Of a DNA stretch of 64,000 nt, positions 11,701 through 23,741 are shown in pieces. Numbering within the stretch: the stretch's first letter is position 1; each line of letters starts with the position of its first letter. The stretch spans positions 34,410,001 through 34,474,000 of the forward strand of contig OX597827.1 in assembly GCA_951406725.2 (NCBI GenBank), written 5' to 3'. Origin of the DNA: Octopus vulgaris. Lineage: Eukaryota. Made by a program: the position numbers and the translations under genes. The notes beneath the pieces are model-generated. The model was not told where the DNA came from and searched no databases. It worked only from the letters and a program-made list of their open reading frames with translations.

Positions 11701-11965
11701 ACCTCCGTTTTGGGGCAGTTGGTGCGTGGTCCATTCCTTTTCCTTTTGGTAGTTTCTGCCCTGTTTCATGTTTATGTGGCAGGGTCTTTGGTCTGCAAAA
11801 CGGCAGCCTGCACCTTCCTCTCCATGCCAGCAGACACCTTTCAGGTAGAATTTACACATTCGTGTGCGCTGTCTCTTTCTATCCTTTTTGGTATATGGAT
11901 AGTCAGGTTTGCTTCTATCCTTGGCTGTTTCATCTTTTGGTTTTGTTTGAGTTTTAGCTTTTCCT
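8761..11965 (-). mobile_element. CR1/L2-type LINE: end of ORF1 (CCCH-like finger) and ORF2 (APE + RT), few disablements
   Basis: LLNIRGL, GDFNLP, LDLCLTN, SDHN (APE); GPDG, YLDFAKAFDKV, QGTVLGPLLF, YADDTK (RT); ORF1 [20 protein letters not shown] at about 11790-11865. Confidence 0.92.
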
Positions 11966-11998
11966 TCTTGTATGTATGTATATATATATATATGTGTG

Positions 11999-12069
<71 letters not shown>

Positions 12070-12114
12070 GTGTATATCTATGTATATATATGTATATATA
12101 TGTATATAGATGTG

Positions 12115-12149
<35 letters not shown>

Positions 12150-12150
12150 G

Positions 12151-12199
<49 letters not shown>

Positions 12200-12208
12200 G
12201 CATATATA

Positions 12209-12343
<135 letters not shown>

Positions 12344-12419
12344 TGTATATAAGTACATACACACATGTATACACACACAAACACGTAACAAATATGCATG
12401 TCAATATGTACATATATGT

Positions 12420-14445
12420 GTACTTGTACTGGTATATATAAGAAATTAAAAAAGGAAAATACGCACACTTACATAGTTTTAATATAATTTTTAATATATC
12501 GACCGGTTTCGCTATCGCTATTCATATTATGTTTTACTTATTTGAATATATATTTTTTCTTAAGAAGAAATTTGGTCCATGTTGTGTGTGATGAAATTCA
12601 CGAGTGAATGACTTCACAAGTAGGTAAATAAAGGTAGGTAATTGGTTGTCGTTATTATTGTTATTGTTGTGGATAAGGGAGATAACTGTTCAGCTTTCGG
12701 TAATGGGTGGGGATTATATATGTGTACAGACAGAAACAAGTTTCAAAAACCTTGTTTCGTAGGGGATTTATGTACAGTCATGTAATCGTGATTTGAAATA
12801 TGTAAAAAGATAAAAGTTGGTTATGTGTGCATATTAAGACGTATTTTGTATTTTTCAATGAAAAAAGTTTCTTTATTTAAACGTTCTAGTTGAGAGATTG
12901 CGTCTTTGCACTGGTAGAAAGGGAAGATTGTGAAATTTGGTTTGACGTTACCTGCACATTTTTCTCTATGTTCACTGAGAGGAATTTGTCTGTATTGCGG
13001 GAAACGGATTTGCTCCTTATGTAGAGTGGTTCTCTTTCTCAAGGTCATACTCGTTTGTCCAATATAGTGGTGTCCGCAACCCGAGCAGGTTATTCCATAA
13101 ATTAGGTTCTCAGAGGCACAAGTGAAACTAGTTTAAATTATGAACCTCTGTCTTTGAAAAGGAAATCTGAGCCTTCAATCAGGTTGGGGCAGGTTCTACA
13201 GTTTGGGCATCCACATTTTTCAACCGTTGGTTTCATGGTTGTTTTGTAAAGCTTCGCATTTGTTAGTAGTCTCTTTAGCGATTTGTCTTGTTTTTTGCAT
13301 TTGATGAATTTGTGTGTTTTCAGGATGTCGTTCATTTTTGGATCTCTAGTTAGTAAAGGAAGAGTTTGCACAATAGTGTTGAATGCCTCACTGTTTCTGG
13401 GGTTGTGTGTTGATATAAATAGTAATGTTTTGAGTTGAAGTGTGGTGTTATGTTTTTTGTTCTTAGTGTTTTTGTGTCTAATTGTTTGGCATATTCCCTC
13501 GTCGATAAGAAAGGGTGGATATTGTCTTTCAATAAGTGTTGTTTTGAGGTCTTGAAGACGAATGTCCCGAGTTGTTCTATCAGACACTATTGTGCAGATC
13601 CTTTTTGACAAGTTGAAAGGGATATTTATTTTGATGTGTTTCGGGTGGCATGAGTTAAAAAGAAGATATTGTTTTGAATCAGTTGGTTTATAATAAATGT
13701 CAGTTATGATTTCAGTGTTAACTTTTTTTATCGTGATGTCTAAAAATGGGAGTTGTTCTTTGTTATATTCCATTGTGAATTGAATGTTACTATTTATGTC
13801 ATTTAGTGTTGTTTTGAAATCCAAAAGTTTGTCGATGTTCTGCTTCCAGATGATAAAGCAGTCATCTAGGTATCTCTTCCAATTTTCTCTTATGTAGAGG
13901 TAAAATGGGTAACCATATTTCTGAAGTGATACTTCATATAAGGTGAATTCAAAATAACCCATTATTAGGTTCGCAAGAACAGGAGCTGCTTTCGTCCCCA
14001 TCGCAATTCCGCATTTCTGACGATAGTATGTCATCAAATAGGAAATAATTGCTCTGAAGTATAAATTTTAAGGACTCAATAATAAAGATCTGGTTTATGC
14101 GTTCCGGGAGGACTTCAGGGTACTTTCCAACCAGAATTTAATTGCTTTTATTCCATAATCATGGGGGATGTTGGTGTAAAGATTGATAACATCGAGGGTA
14201 ACCAATATTGCCTCTTCATTAATTGTTTTTGGTAGGTGTTCTAGCATGTCTAAACCATCTCTAATGAAACTTTTGATGTATTTCAGCAAGGGTTTCAGTA
14301 GGATGTCTAGAAAATTGCTTAGTCAGTGGGTTTCACAGGCCGGCCCAGCTACAATGGGTCTTAAAGTCAAGTCTTCTGGCGTTTGGATATTTATATATCT
14401 GTCTGGTGATTGTTTGCAGGCTTCATTGATTATCTTGCTCCCTCC
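12420..14445 (-). mobile_element. Penelope-like retroelement (RT + GIY-YIG), 5'-truncated, with 3' terminal repeat
   Basis: LRPIVAGP, LDVINLYTNIP, GIAMGTKAAP, RYLDDCF, LPFLDI, YYKPTDS.QYL..SCHP, CxxxxCxxC, LIYGITCSGCGHHYIGQT..R...H. Confidence 0.92.
12496..12530 (-). ncRNA. Minimal hammerhead with A3-U8 variant core
   Basis: AUAAU-AUGAAUA-GC(GAUA)GC-GAAA-CCGG-UC-GAUAU, about 290 nt downstream of the PLE stop codon; stem I has one mismatch. Confidence 0.6.
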
Positions 14446-14499
14446 CATTCTGCCAGGTCCACCCAAACATTCCTAGGGTCTTACAGTATATAAGGTGAA

Positions 14500-14740
14500 A
14501 GGATGATGATGTGGCCGCTAGCATCTCTAGATTTCAATCCTATCGAAAATCTTTGGTCCATCATTAAACAAGATGTTTATGCCGATGGACGCCAATTTAC
14601 GTCAAAAGATGTCTTATGAGTGACCATTAAAAATACAGCAGAGGCAGACCAACCTGTTACTATTAAGAACTTGACAGATTCCGTGTTTAATAGGGTTTTT
14701 GAAGTTATTCGTTGAAATGGCGCTCATGTAGCTAAATAAT
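14500..14740 (+). mobile_element. Tc1-family transposase C-terminal fragment
   Basis: MMWPLASLDFNPIENLWSIIKQDVY..F (WPxxSPDLNPIENLW motif), with stops. Confidence 0.75.
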
Positions 14741-15048
14741 TCATTATATGTTATAATATCATTATGCTTTTTTGTTAAACATATACTCAATGTATGCTTA
14801 ATATCTATCATTACCCTTTATTTTCTGAAAAAAATGTCTAGATGGACTATTTTCATTCAAAAGCTATTAGCATGGTTCACCCAAAAACTGAAGAATTTGA
14901 ATTAAAAAAGGAAGGACGTTACACAGAATAATGTAAACAGCAATGGTGTTGTCATAGTATGCAAACCAGCTGGGGAAAGTCTTATTAAAATCGCTTCACA
15001 GAAAACCGAACAATCCTAAATTTCGCTCCTAAGCTATCAACATGGTTC

Positions 15049-15079
<31 letters not shown>

Positions 15080-15171
15080 TTATATGTATATATACATACA
15101 TAGACTTATGTAAGAGTATATATTTAAGTATATATACATATATTTATGTATAAGTATATATGATTAACATA

Positions 15172-16316
15172 TCTATATATATAAAAGAAAGATTCTCTTT
15201 GTTTGTTTGTTTGTCCAGTAAAATGAAAGTAAATGGTTCAAGGGAAGCTATTGTACTTTTTCTACATATATAAAATCGAAATTCTATCTCTTCCTTTCTC
15301 CAGCAAAATGAAAGTACCTGGTTCAGGGGAAACTCTTATGGTATTACCTAATTTGTCTCAACAAAAATTATGCAATGGTACAATATTAATGGTGCACAAA
15401 ACTATGAAGAACTGCATTGAGGCAAATATTCTCACTGGTTATGGCAAAGGTGAGACCGTCTTCATTCCTCACATACCAGTTATACCATCTAATGTCTCAT
15501 TCCAATTTAAGCAATTACAGTTTCCTATCGCACTTTCTTTTGCCATGAGCATTAATAAAACTCAGGGCCAAACACTAAAAGTTGCTGCATTGCCACTTGA
15601 AGAACCATGCTTTTCGCGTGGCCAACCTTATGTAGGAGCATCACGAGTGAGAGCAAAAGCAAATCTTTTTGCTTATGCGCCCCGAAATAAAACAAAAAAC
15701 ATTGTTTATAAAGAAATATTCACTCTTAATGCAACATGAATACTTCAATAACTTAATTTGCCATTACTATCATTACATGCAAGAATGATTAATTACCTAT
15801 TTAAACGAACTGTATTATATAATTGTCATTACTGTATTGGTAAATAAAATAACACATAGAATTCATTTATTATTGTCGTATAATAAAAAAGAAGTTCGTG
15901 TTTGAAATCCATCTTTTTTCTACTTCATTATTACATGTTTTTCTCTTATAAAATACACATTTACAAAAGGAGTAAATCTCAATCTGTCGTCTCACCTTGG
16001 TTCATATTCAAAACTTTATGTAGGAGAATCACGTGTGGGAACAAAAGCAAATCTTTTTGCTTATGCACCCCGAAATGAAACAAAACAAAAAAAACATGAA
16101 GACTTCAATAACTTTATTTGCCATTTCTATCATTACATTCAAGAATGATATCGATCTTTTTTCTACTTCAATTATCACATGTTTATCTCTTATAAAAAAT
16201 ATATACACACACACACAGGAGGAGTAAATTATATATATATATATAAATATATATTGAATGTGGGTCACGAGAAACAGTAAAAGTAATTAATCGTCGACGA
16301 CGGGTATTATTGCTAG
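15172..16316 (+). mobile_element. Non-autonomous Helitron with PIF1 helicase C-terminal fragment
   Basis: A|TCTATATATATAAAA 5' end; subterminal hairpin (TCGTCGACGACGGG) then CTAG|T; ORF 15233-15739 LCNGT..QFPIALSFAMSINKTQGQT..FSRGQ.YV..SRV; internal duplications at 16030-16200. Confidence 0.85.
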
Positions 16317-16399
16317 TAATTAATATAATTAATATACTACGGTTAGTCAATAATTAACTCTGATATTATCGAACAAAATTAGATATATTATATATATAT

Positions 16400-16566
16400 A
16401 AGGCGCAGGAGTGGCTGTGTGGTAAGTAGCTTATTTACCAACCACATGGTTCCGGGTTCAGTCCCACGCAGTGGCACCTTGGGCAAGTGTCTTCTACTAT
16501 AGCCTCGGGCCGACCAAAGCCTTGTGAGTGGATTTGGTAGACGGAAACTGAAAGAAACCCGTCGTA

Positions 16567-16608
<42 letters not shown>

Positions 16609-16803
16609 TGTGTGTGTTTGTGTGTCTGTGTTTATCCCCCCCAACATCGCTTGACAACCGATGCTGGTGTGTTTATGATAGAATAAGTACTGGGCTTACA
16701 AACGAATAAGTCCCGGGGTCGAGTTGCCCGATTAAAGGCGGTGCTCCAGCATGGCCGCAGTCAAATGACTGAAACAAGTAAAAGAGTAAAAGAGTAAAAG
16801 AGT
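16400..16803 (+). mobile_element. tRNA-derived SINE with internal (TA)n/(TG)n and (TAAAAGAG)n tail
   Basis: GGCGCAGGAGTGGCTGTGTGGTAAG..GGTTCAGTCCC head; relatives at 28820-28945, 55560-55720, 61290-61560, 61690-62060. Confidence 0.8.
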
Positions 16804-16879
16804 ATATGTGTGTGTATGTGTGTGTGTGTGTGTGTACGTATATATATATATATGTATGTATATATATATGTATGTATAC

Positions 16880-16915
<36 letters not shown>

Positions 16916-17077
16916 GTATACATATATGTATATATATATATATATATATGTATACATATATACAATAAATTTAGGGTGAATACTTGATAAGTGTAAGCAC
17001 CTGTATACGCCAACTAGTAGCAGAGGTGAGAGGGTATATGTATCAAATGAAATCAAAAACAGAACACAAAGGATGTC

Positions 17078-17168
17078 GCGGTACACGTGTTTCAAGCTTT
17101 ATAAACGACCTATTCTTACATCATTGTATAATCGATATAAAGGATGGTTTAAAGCTCTCTTCAGCCGC
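17078..17168 (-). ncRNA. Type-I hammerhead ribozyme, canonical core
   Basis: GCGG-CUGAAGA-GAGCUUUA...UAAAGCUU-GAAA-CACGUG-UA-CCGC; all three stems pair; GUA triplet. Confidence 0.8.
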
Positions 17169-17268
17169 ATGCAATTGTTATACCAAATATTTACATCACA
17201 TTATGAAAAATCCGAAAAGTACATTTGGTATTACCCATAATGATAGGTATATCGAGTCTCCCTGAGAA

Positions 17269-17442
17269 AGTATGTTTGTAAACTTTCATAACCAAATAGG
17301 TGTGTAGGGTATTATTTGACTTCGAAAATCTGTCCATACTGTATCACCAGTCAACATTCACTCTATGGACAGTATGGACAGATTTTCGAAGTCTAATAAT
17401 ACCCTACACACCTATTTGGTTATGAAGGTTTACAGACATACT
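17269..17442. repeat. Inverted repeat, about 74-bp arms, 26-bp spacer
   Basis: 17269-17342 is the reverse complement of 17369-17442 with a few mismatches. Confidence 0.9.
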
Positions 17443-17779
17443 CTTGATTAAATGAAAGTTTACATTGTCGAGTAGCCTGCGGTATATAACTCGCTTGGAT
17501 ATTTATCACTTCATAGGTTCCGCTCGCTATGAAACATATGTAACTGCGATCTTATCTACTCCCTTCTTTACCTCTTGTATTCTTATTCGCATACCCGGCA
17601 ACCCTGATCGCCTAGCATGAAATGTAAAAATAACCTTTTTTGGTTTATCGTACTTTGATACAAAAATAATCCACAACCTTCCGTTTCAATAAGCCACTGT
17701 TGTCCCTGAAAGTTGTTTTTATATTTACTACGGGTTGCATCAAGCTAACTTTCTTTCTACACTTTGATCCTTGGATCTT

Positions 17780-18016
17780 ATGTATGTATGTATGTATGTA
17801 TGTATGTATGTATGTATGTATGTATGTATGTATGTATGTATGTACGTACGTATGCATGTATGTATGTATGTATGTATGTATGTATGTACGTACGTACGTA
17901 CGTACGTATGTATGTATGTATGTATGTATGTATGTATGTATGTATGTGTGAATGTGTGTATGTGTGTATGTATGTATGTATGTATGTATGTATGTGTGTA
18001 CATATGTATGTATGTA
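17780..18016. repeat. (TATG)n microsatellite
   Basis: Direct reading; one of dozens of (TA)n, (CA)n, (GA)n, (TATC)n, (TAA)n, (CAT)n arrays in the window. Confidence 0.95.
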
Positions 18017-18022
18017 TATTAA

Positions 18023-18290
18023 AGTTAGATAAAGCTGGTTTATAGGACTACCTTAGGTTTCAGGTCCATAAAGGCCTTAGCTTTGTGACGTATCATCCGA
18101 TCCCAAAACCTGTTGGCTAAAGGCCTCTCTCGTGAGTGACCACTTGTTAGAGAGAGGCCTCTCTAGCGAGTGTCCACTCGCTAAAGAGGCCTTTAGCCAG
18201 CCGGTTTTGGGATCTAATGATACGCCATAAAACTAAGCCCTTTATGGATGTGAACCCTAAGGTATTCCCATAAACCGACCATATCTAACT
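18023..18290. mobile_element. Fully palindromic MITE, possibly Kolobok-type
   Basis: About 134-bp arms centred on AGAGAGGCCTCTCT (18151-18164); flanks TTAA|AG...CT|CTAA resemble a TTAA TSD with RR..YY termini. Confidence 0.7.
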
Positions 18291-18767
18291 CTAACTTATA
18301 CTGCTCTATAACTTAGAGTGTGCTTCTTTTTTCGGATATATGTTTATGGACGATATACACACACATATACATGCTCGTATCCTCATATATTCTTGTGTGT
18401 GTATGTGTGTGTGTGTGTGTGCGTTTGTGTGCGTTACGTAAGTGCATGTATTTGGTGTAGCTTAACCCCAGGTCAAAACATGGTGGAGTAGAAGCATAAT
18501 CAAATACTTTTTACCCAACACCATTTCGACTAAAAATGTGCATCGATATCCCCCTCCCTTTTTTTAAAATTGTAAGGCTGTATTTGAGTTATTTATGGTG
18601 GTGGTTGTGGTCGTCGTTGTTGTGATTGTTTTGCTTGATAGTAGTAGTAGTAGTAGTATTGGTGGTGGTGATGGTGGTGGTGGTGGTGGTGGCGGTGGTG
18701 GTGGTGGTGGTGGTGGTGATTGTGGTGGTGGCGGTGGTGGTGGTGGTGGTGATGGTGGTGGTGATGT

Positions 18768-18810
<43 letters not shown>

Positions 18811-18851
18811 TCTCGTTGTTATTTATCAACCCACTGTTCGTGTGTAGAATT

Positions 18852-19096
18852 TTAGATGTATGAATAGAGCCATTTGAGGAGCGGCAGTAAGTCAACCACG
18901 ACAATAAGAACAAAGGGTGCCACCACGACAACGGCCGTGAAGCTACCGATCACCTTTGATGAAACACGTTCGTCAGCCATACTTCTTTTGGAACGGATGT
19001 ACTTGGATGTGTTGCGTCGTGGTATAGTCAACTCCGAGATGATCTCACGAAGCTTATTGCCCAGTTGTTCATCGGTGATGTTTGGTTTCAAGGTGG
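18852..19096 (-). CDS. Mucin-like membrane protein, last coding exon (juxtamembrane motif + TM helix)
   Basis: Strong acceptor TTTTCTCGTTTCCAG, phase 1; TLKPNITDEQLGNKLREIISELTIPRRNTSKYIRSKRSMADERVSSKVIGSFTAVVVVAPFVLIVVVDLLPLLKWLYSYI*. Confidence 0.8.
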
Positions 19097-19284
19097 CTGG
19101 AAACGAGAAAAGAAAAATAAATAAAGAAAAGAAGAGAAAAGAATAGAAAAGAATAGTAAAAAAATGAAAACGTAAGAAATTACAACACCTACCACAACAA
19201 GTACCACCACCATCACCACCGTCACCGCCGCCGCCACTTCCACTTTTACTTCTACTAGTACTACTAGCACTACTACCACCACCG

Positions 19285-19315
<31 letters not shown>

Positions 19316-19744
19316 ACACCATTTTCCCACGCTTATTATCTTTTGTGGTTGTATTTCCGACTAATATAGGCAGAATGAGATACCTTTATCTACAGGCTGA
19401 AACAGCTGTAAGATCCATTTTATGTGTATTATTTTTATGGTATTATCTTACTTATTGATGTATATTGTTTTATTCTGTTGGATTTGGATGTTCTTATTTA
19501 AGTAGTTAATAAATAATATGAATTGGTAATATCTGTAAGTCGATGATTGAAAGGAATCTGTTCCTCCATTTTCTTATTTGTATTATGAATTTGAGGTAAA
19601 ATATTTTACCTTCGCACATCTAATACAATAAAGGAACTAATTGCATTGCAATTATAAGTATTTATGTATATGCCTTTTGGGTACTTCACCAGCATTATAT
19701 TGGATAACTGATAGTGGGTTACACTCATAACCCCTATCTCACTT

Positions 19745-19814
<70 letters not shown>

Positions 19815-19968
19815 CAGACAGACAGACAGAGACAGAGACATAGAGAGAGGGAGAGAGAAAGAAATTATATATATAGCTGAAATTTACAGAAAAACAAAAG
19901 ACGAATACAGGTGTATGAAAAACAAGCAAGTGTATTTGTTTGACACTCAGGAAAAATGAAAAGATTTT

Positions 19969-20002
19969 TTTTACGTTTCGAGCCTCCGCTCTTCAACAGA
20001 AA
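19969..20002 (-). ncRNA. Hammerhead-like motif with CUGUUGA (A6U) core
   Basis: UUU-CUGUUGA-A-GAGC(GGAG)GCUC-GAAA-CG-UA-AAA; weak stem I. Confidence 0.4.
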
Positions 20003-20867
20003 GTAATAAGAGAAAATAAACAAAGAGAGAATGAAAAAAATTTGTAGATTTCAGCGGTCATATTAGGGCCAATATACTGAGTTTGAAAATGTTGATCAAA
20101 TGAAGTTTCCAAGCGATTAGCGGACAAAAACTTCCTACAAGGGTGTTAAAAATATAAACAAGAAGACACAGAAGATAACTCCAGTCAGATCACTTGGTTG
20201 AAATTTAACCATGTAGATGATGCGGATTGATGTGGATTTGCTGGTGAAAGCCAGTTGTTCAAAGCCATGTCTATGTTCTGGTTTTATAAGCCCTCCTCAG
20301 TGAAAAATGTTATTCAGTTGAGACAGAGAGAAAAAGACAGACTATAATGACGCTGACCATTTTCCGTACTAAATATAAATCCGATAATGTCTTACATATA
20401 TATTATAGTGAGTTGAAAATCTGATCGCGCTTATCCCCGTTTATTGTTCTTTCCAAAATGCTCAAACAACCATAAATGGGTTTTTCACCTTTTAATTTCT
20501 AGGCTACTCTCAGTTTTTTCTCCCTCTTCAGAACATATGCGGTTTTCAATCGTATTTATATTTATATCTGTAAAAGTATAACTTAGAACAGCCTTCATGG
20601 GAACATCTTGCTCGTGATAGTTCACTGTGGCCTATAGCCAAGTACTCTGGAATACAGCACTCGGAATCAGAACTGATTAGAGAACTAAAGAGAGGAGAGC
20701 AACACGGAAAGCAAAAGTCTCACCGGGTTCTAATTCTACTATTACATGGCCCTACTGAGACTGTGGATTTTATGCAAATATTAGCCTAATATGCCGCGTC
20801 AGGAACCACAGATTGTAAAGCTGCTAATCTGGTTATCACAGAAGACATGAAGGATGAGATATACACA

Positions 20868-21059
20868 CACGAGGAACTGCTGAAAAATTCCTGGCTTTGG
20901 GTAACAGAAAATACAGGAGGATCAGTCAATTATGATTTTATTCAACATATTCCCTCTTATACTCACATACTTATTGCAGTGGTTCTTCAGTTTTTCTAAG
21001 CCCTGTAAAAGACCTCCAAAGGGTGGGCCTCCAACCAGGCCTTTAAAGCTCCCCTTGTA
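20868..21059. mobile_element. Mariner-derived internally deleted element
   Basis: Ends CACGAGGAACTGCTGAAAAATTCCTGG / CCAGGCCTTTAAAGCTCCCCTTGTA resemble degenerate TACGAGGGG mariner TIRs. Confidence 0.55.
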
Positions 21060-21069
21060 TGTACGTAAG

Positions 21070-21114
<45 letters not shown>

Positions 21115-21116
<2 letters not shown>

Positions 21117-21531
21117 CAATAAATAAGGGTATCTGAGAGATACCACCATGCCGAAATAGCAGTCAAGACCCTGACTCCAAAAACCACCTAAGATGTGAGG
21201 TGGTTGGCGGGCAATTTGGACTGGTCTTGTACATACGTGCATATATATGTATGTAAGGACGTTCGTATATCTGGGTATAACGTGTGTTCTGTATATATAT
21301 TTGTATTTATGTACCTATCTGGCATATTCAACTGACGAAGGCAGAGCTTATTGGAAGCAAAGCCAGAAATCTAGGATCTTGAATTATCCAGTAAATTCTT
21401 TTTTGCTAGTTTATTTTGTCTCTCTGTCTTATCTCATGGCGTGATATAAACATATAAGGTGGTTTTTGGAGTCGGGGTCTTGACTGCTATTTCGGCATGG
21501 TGGTATCTCTCAGATACCCTTATTTATTGTT
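21115..21531. repeat. Inverted repeat (about 75-bp arms) enclosing a hammerhead; Penelope-type remnant
   Basis: 21115-21189 is the reverse complement of 21457-21531; flanked by (TA)n. Confidence 0.88.
21326..21384 (+). ncRNA. Type-I hammerhead ribozyme, canonical core
   Basis: AUUCAA-CUGACGA-A-GGC...GCC-A-GAAA-UCUAGGA-UC-UUGAAU; 6-bp stem I, AUC triplet. Confidence 0.75.
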
Positions 21532-21644
21532 TTTAATAATTATTACCTTTGTATGGTATTTATTCCCATGCTGGCCACTTGATAAGATCGATATTTAAAT
21601 ATCGATATTATCCTTATTTATAAATATATATATATATATATATA

Positions 21645-22225
21645 ATACAAAATGGGACAAGAACGCAAAACATCCAGACAGTTAGGTGATACAAAACTGG
21701 GACAACAAAATGTCCAGATAGACGATACGAAGAAAACAAGAACGGGTCATTCGAAGTTTTCCTTTATCAATCAAGTACCAGATTATCTTCGCAATTTCGG
21801 CTGATTATATTTGAGATTGCTCCAATATGGCCAGCCCCAAGGAAAAACTAAGAGTATTAGATTCCTTGGAAGAAAGCAGCGAATGTATACAAAAACAAGG
21901 ACGCAAAAAAACGGACAATGTTACACAAATATAATAAAAATAATAACAGGACATAACAACAGGTGTCTTTCGACTAAGTACGAATTAAATTAAGCTGGTG
22001 TGTGTGAAAATGAAGGCTTACGGCAGGGATACAAGATTTCACAAACATAGGGAGGAATATCGATGTTGCACGGACAACGGCCAGACCAAGAAAGAAAAAA
22101 TAGGCCTGGCCGAACGCCGGTCACGTGGGAAGAGAAGAGAGAGAAGTAGAAGCAGAAAGACAGAAGAATTAAGGAGGGGCGAGAAAAATGACAGGGGCAC
22201 AGTGAAGTGAAAAGGGGAGGAAATA
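21645..22225 (-). mobile_element. Non-coding interspersed repeat (same family as 27231-28133)
   Basis: Shares GGGACAAGAACG, ATCTTCGCAATTTCGGCTGATTA, CAGCCCCAAGG..TTCCTTGGAAGAAAGC blocks, in opposite orientation. Confidence 0.7.
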
Positions 22226-22241
22226 TATATTTATATATATA

Positions 22242-22746
22242 CTAGCAGTATCGCCCGGCGTTGCTCGGGTTTGTAAGGGAAATAACTATATAAGCATTTT
22301 TAGAGAGTTACTTCCCTTATAAATTCGGGCTTTCTTAGCCATTTTTGTTTTGGTGTCTTCAAGCCATGAAGTCGTTGTTCTAAAAGAACGCTGGTTTCCT
22401 TCACAACGCATTACGACGTTGATTTCTTTACACTCCCTTCCCCACAGCTTCACGAGGGAGGGAAGGGGGAGAAGCAAACAGGTGCAGTTGTGAGCGTGGA
22501 CGCCAACTCCGCCGCCATCGACACACGATGCATTTTATGCATTAAAATGGAATAAAAAATGATGTTAAATTATTTTTAAAATCGTAGACTCATCGTTGAC
22601 GCGCGCTAATAGTCAGACGGGCTCGATATGAATCACGACTATAAGATACCCGAATTTGGTTAAACTGCACCGCAAAATGTGGGAGGAGTTAGGAATCTAA
22701 ATCGAAGGAGACAGACACTCACACAACTAGAGTTTTATATATATAG

Positions 22747-22747
<1 letters not shown>
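22242..22747 (-). mobile_element. Non-autonomous Helitron
   Basis: Minus strand A|TCTATATATATAAAA ... CCCGAGCAACGCCGGG hairpin, CTAG|T; homologous to 55833-56132 and 30595-31439. Confidence 0.88.
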
Positions 22748-22839
<92 letters not shown>

Positions 22840-22919
22840 TGTATGTATGTATGTATGTATGTATAATGCGTGATATTCTGTGTATGTGCGTGTGCGCATC
22901 ATTATTAAAACATACTTAC

Positions 22920-23741
22920 AAGAGTTAGTCAAACATGTACACATACATCCGTTTATCATTTTTATTGTCTCTACAGTAGTGAAACTTGTATATGTAGTTT
23001 CTGGGGTCGCTCCTATTGATGATGGAGATGCTGGAAATGATGATAGGAATGTTATTTGGGATGCTGATGATGACGCTGATGCTAATGAATTATGTTGTAT
23101 TGATGATGGTGTTGACGATGATGTCGTTGATTGAAATATTTGTGATGTACTTTCTGTTGTAGTTGTCGATGATATTATTGGTCCTGACTCAATTGTCTGC
23201 ATTGTTGTTGATGTTGTTGACTCAATTGCTGACACAGTCGTTGACCCAGTTGTTGATTCAGTCGTTGACTCAGTTGTCGATTCAGTCGTTGATTCAGTCG
23301 TTGACCCAGTTGTTGATTCAGTCGTTGACTCAGTTGTCGATTCAGTCGTTGATTCAGTCGTTGACTCAGTTGTTGATTCAGTCGTTGACTCAGTCGTTGA
23401 CTCAGTTGTTGATTCAGTTGTTGATTCAGTCGTTGACTCAGTCGTTGACTCAGTTGTTGATTCAGTCGTTGATTCAGTCGTTGACTCAGTCGTTGACTCA
23501 GTCGTTGACTCAGTCGTTGACTCAGTCGTTGACTCAGTTGTTGACTCAGTTGTTGACTCAGTTGTTGACTCAGTTGTTGATTCAGTCGTTGACTCAGTTG
23601 TTGACTCAGTTGTTGGTGTCGTTGGTGTCGTTGGCGTTGTTGGTGTCGTTGGCGTTGTTGGTGTCGTTGGCGTTGTTGGTGTCGTTGGCGTTGTTGGTGT
23701 TGTTGGCGTTGTTGGTGTTGTCGATGTCGCTGACATCGTTG
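22920..23741 (-). CDS. Mucin-like membrane protein, Thr/Ser-rich repeat exon
   Basis: 822-nt symmetric phase-1 exon (TTTTCCTTTTCCAG acceptor, GTAAGT donor); (TTP)n then (TTES)n with synonymous third-position variation, ending GCMCTCLTNS. Confidence 0.85.

Noticed and set aside
15233-15739. Host PIF1 helicase gene
   Set aside because: Partial, intronless and enclosed by Helitron TC...CTAG termini.
17479-17547. Possible additional hammerhead (GAAA-CAUAUG-UA-ACUGC)
   Set aside because: The 3' half fits, but no recognisable NUGANNA core lies adjacent to a stem I partner.
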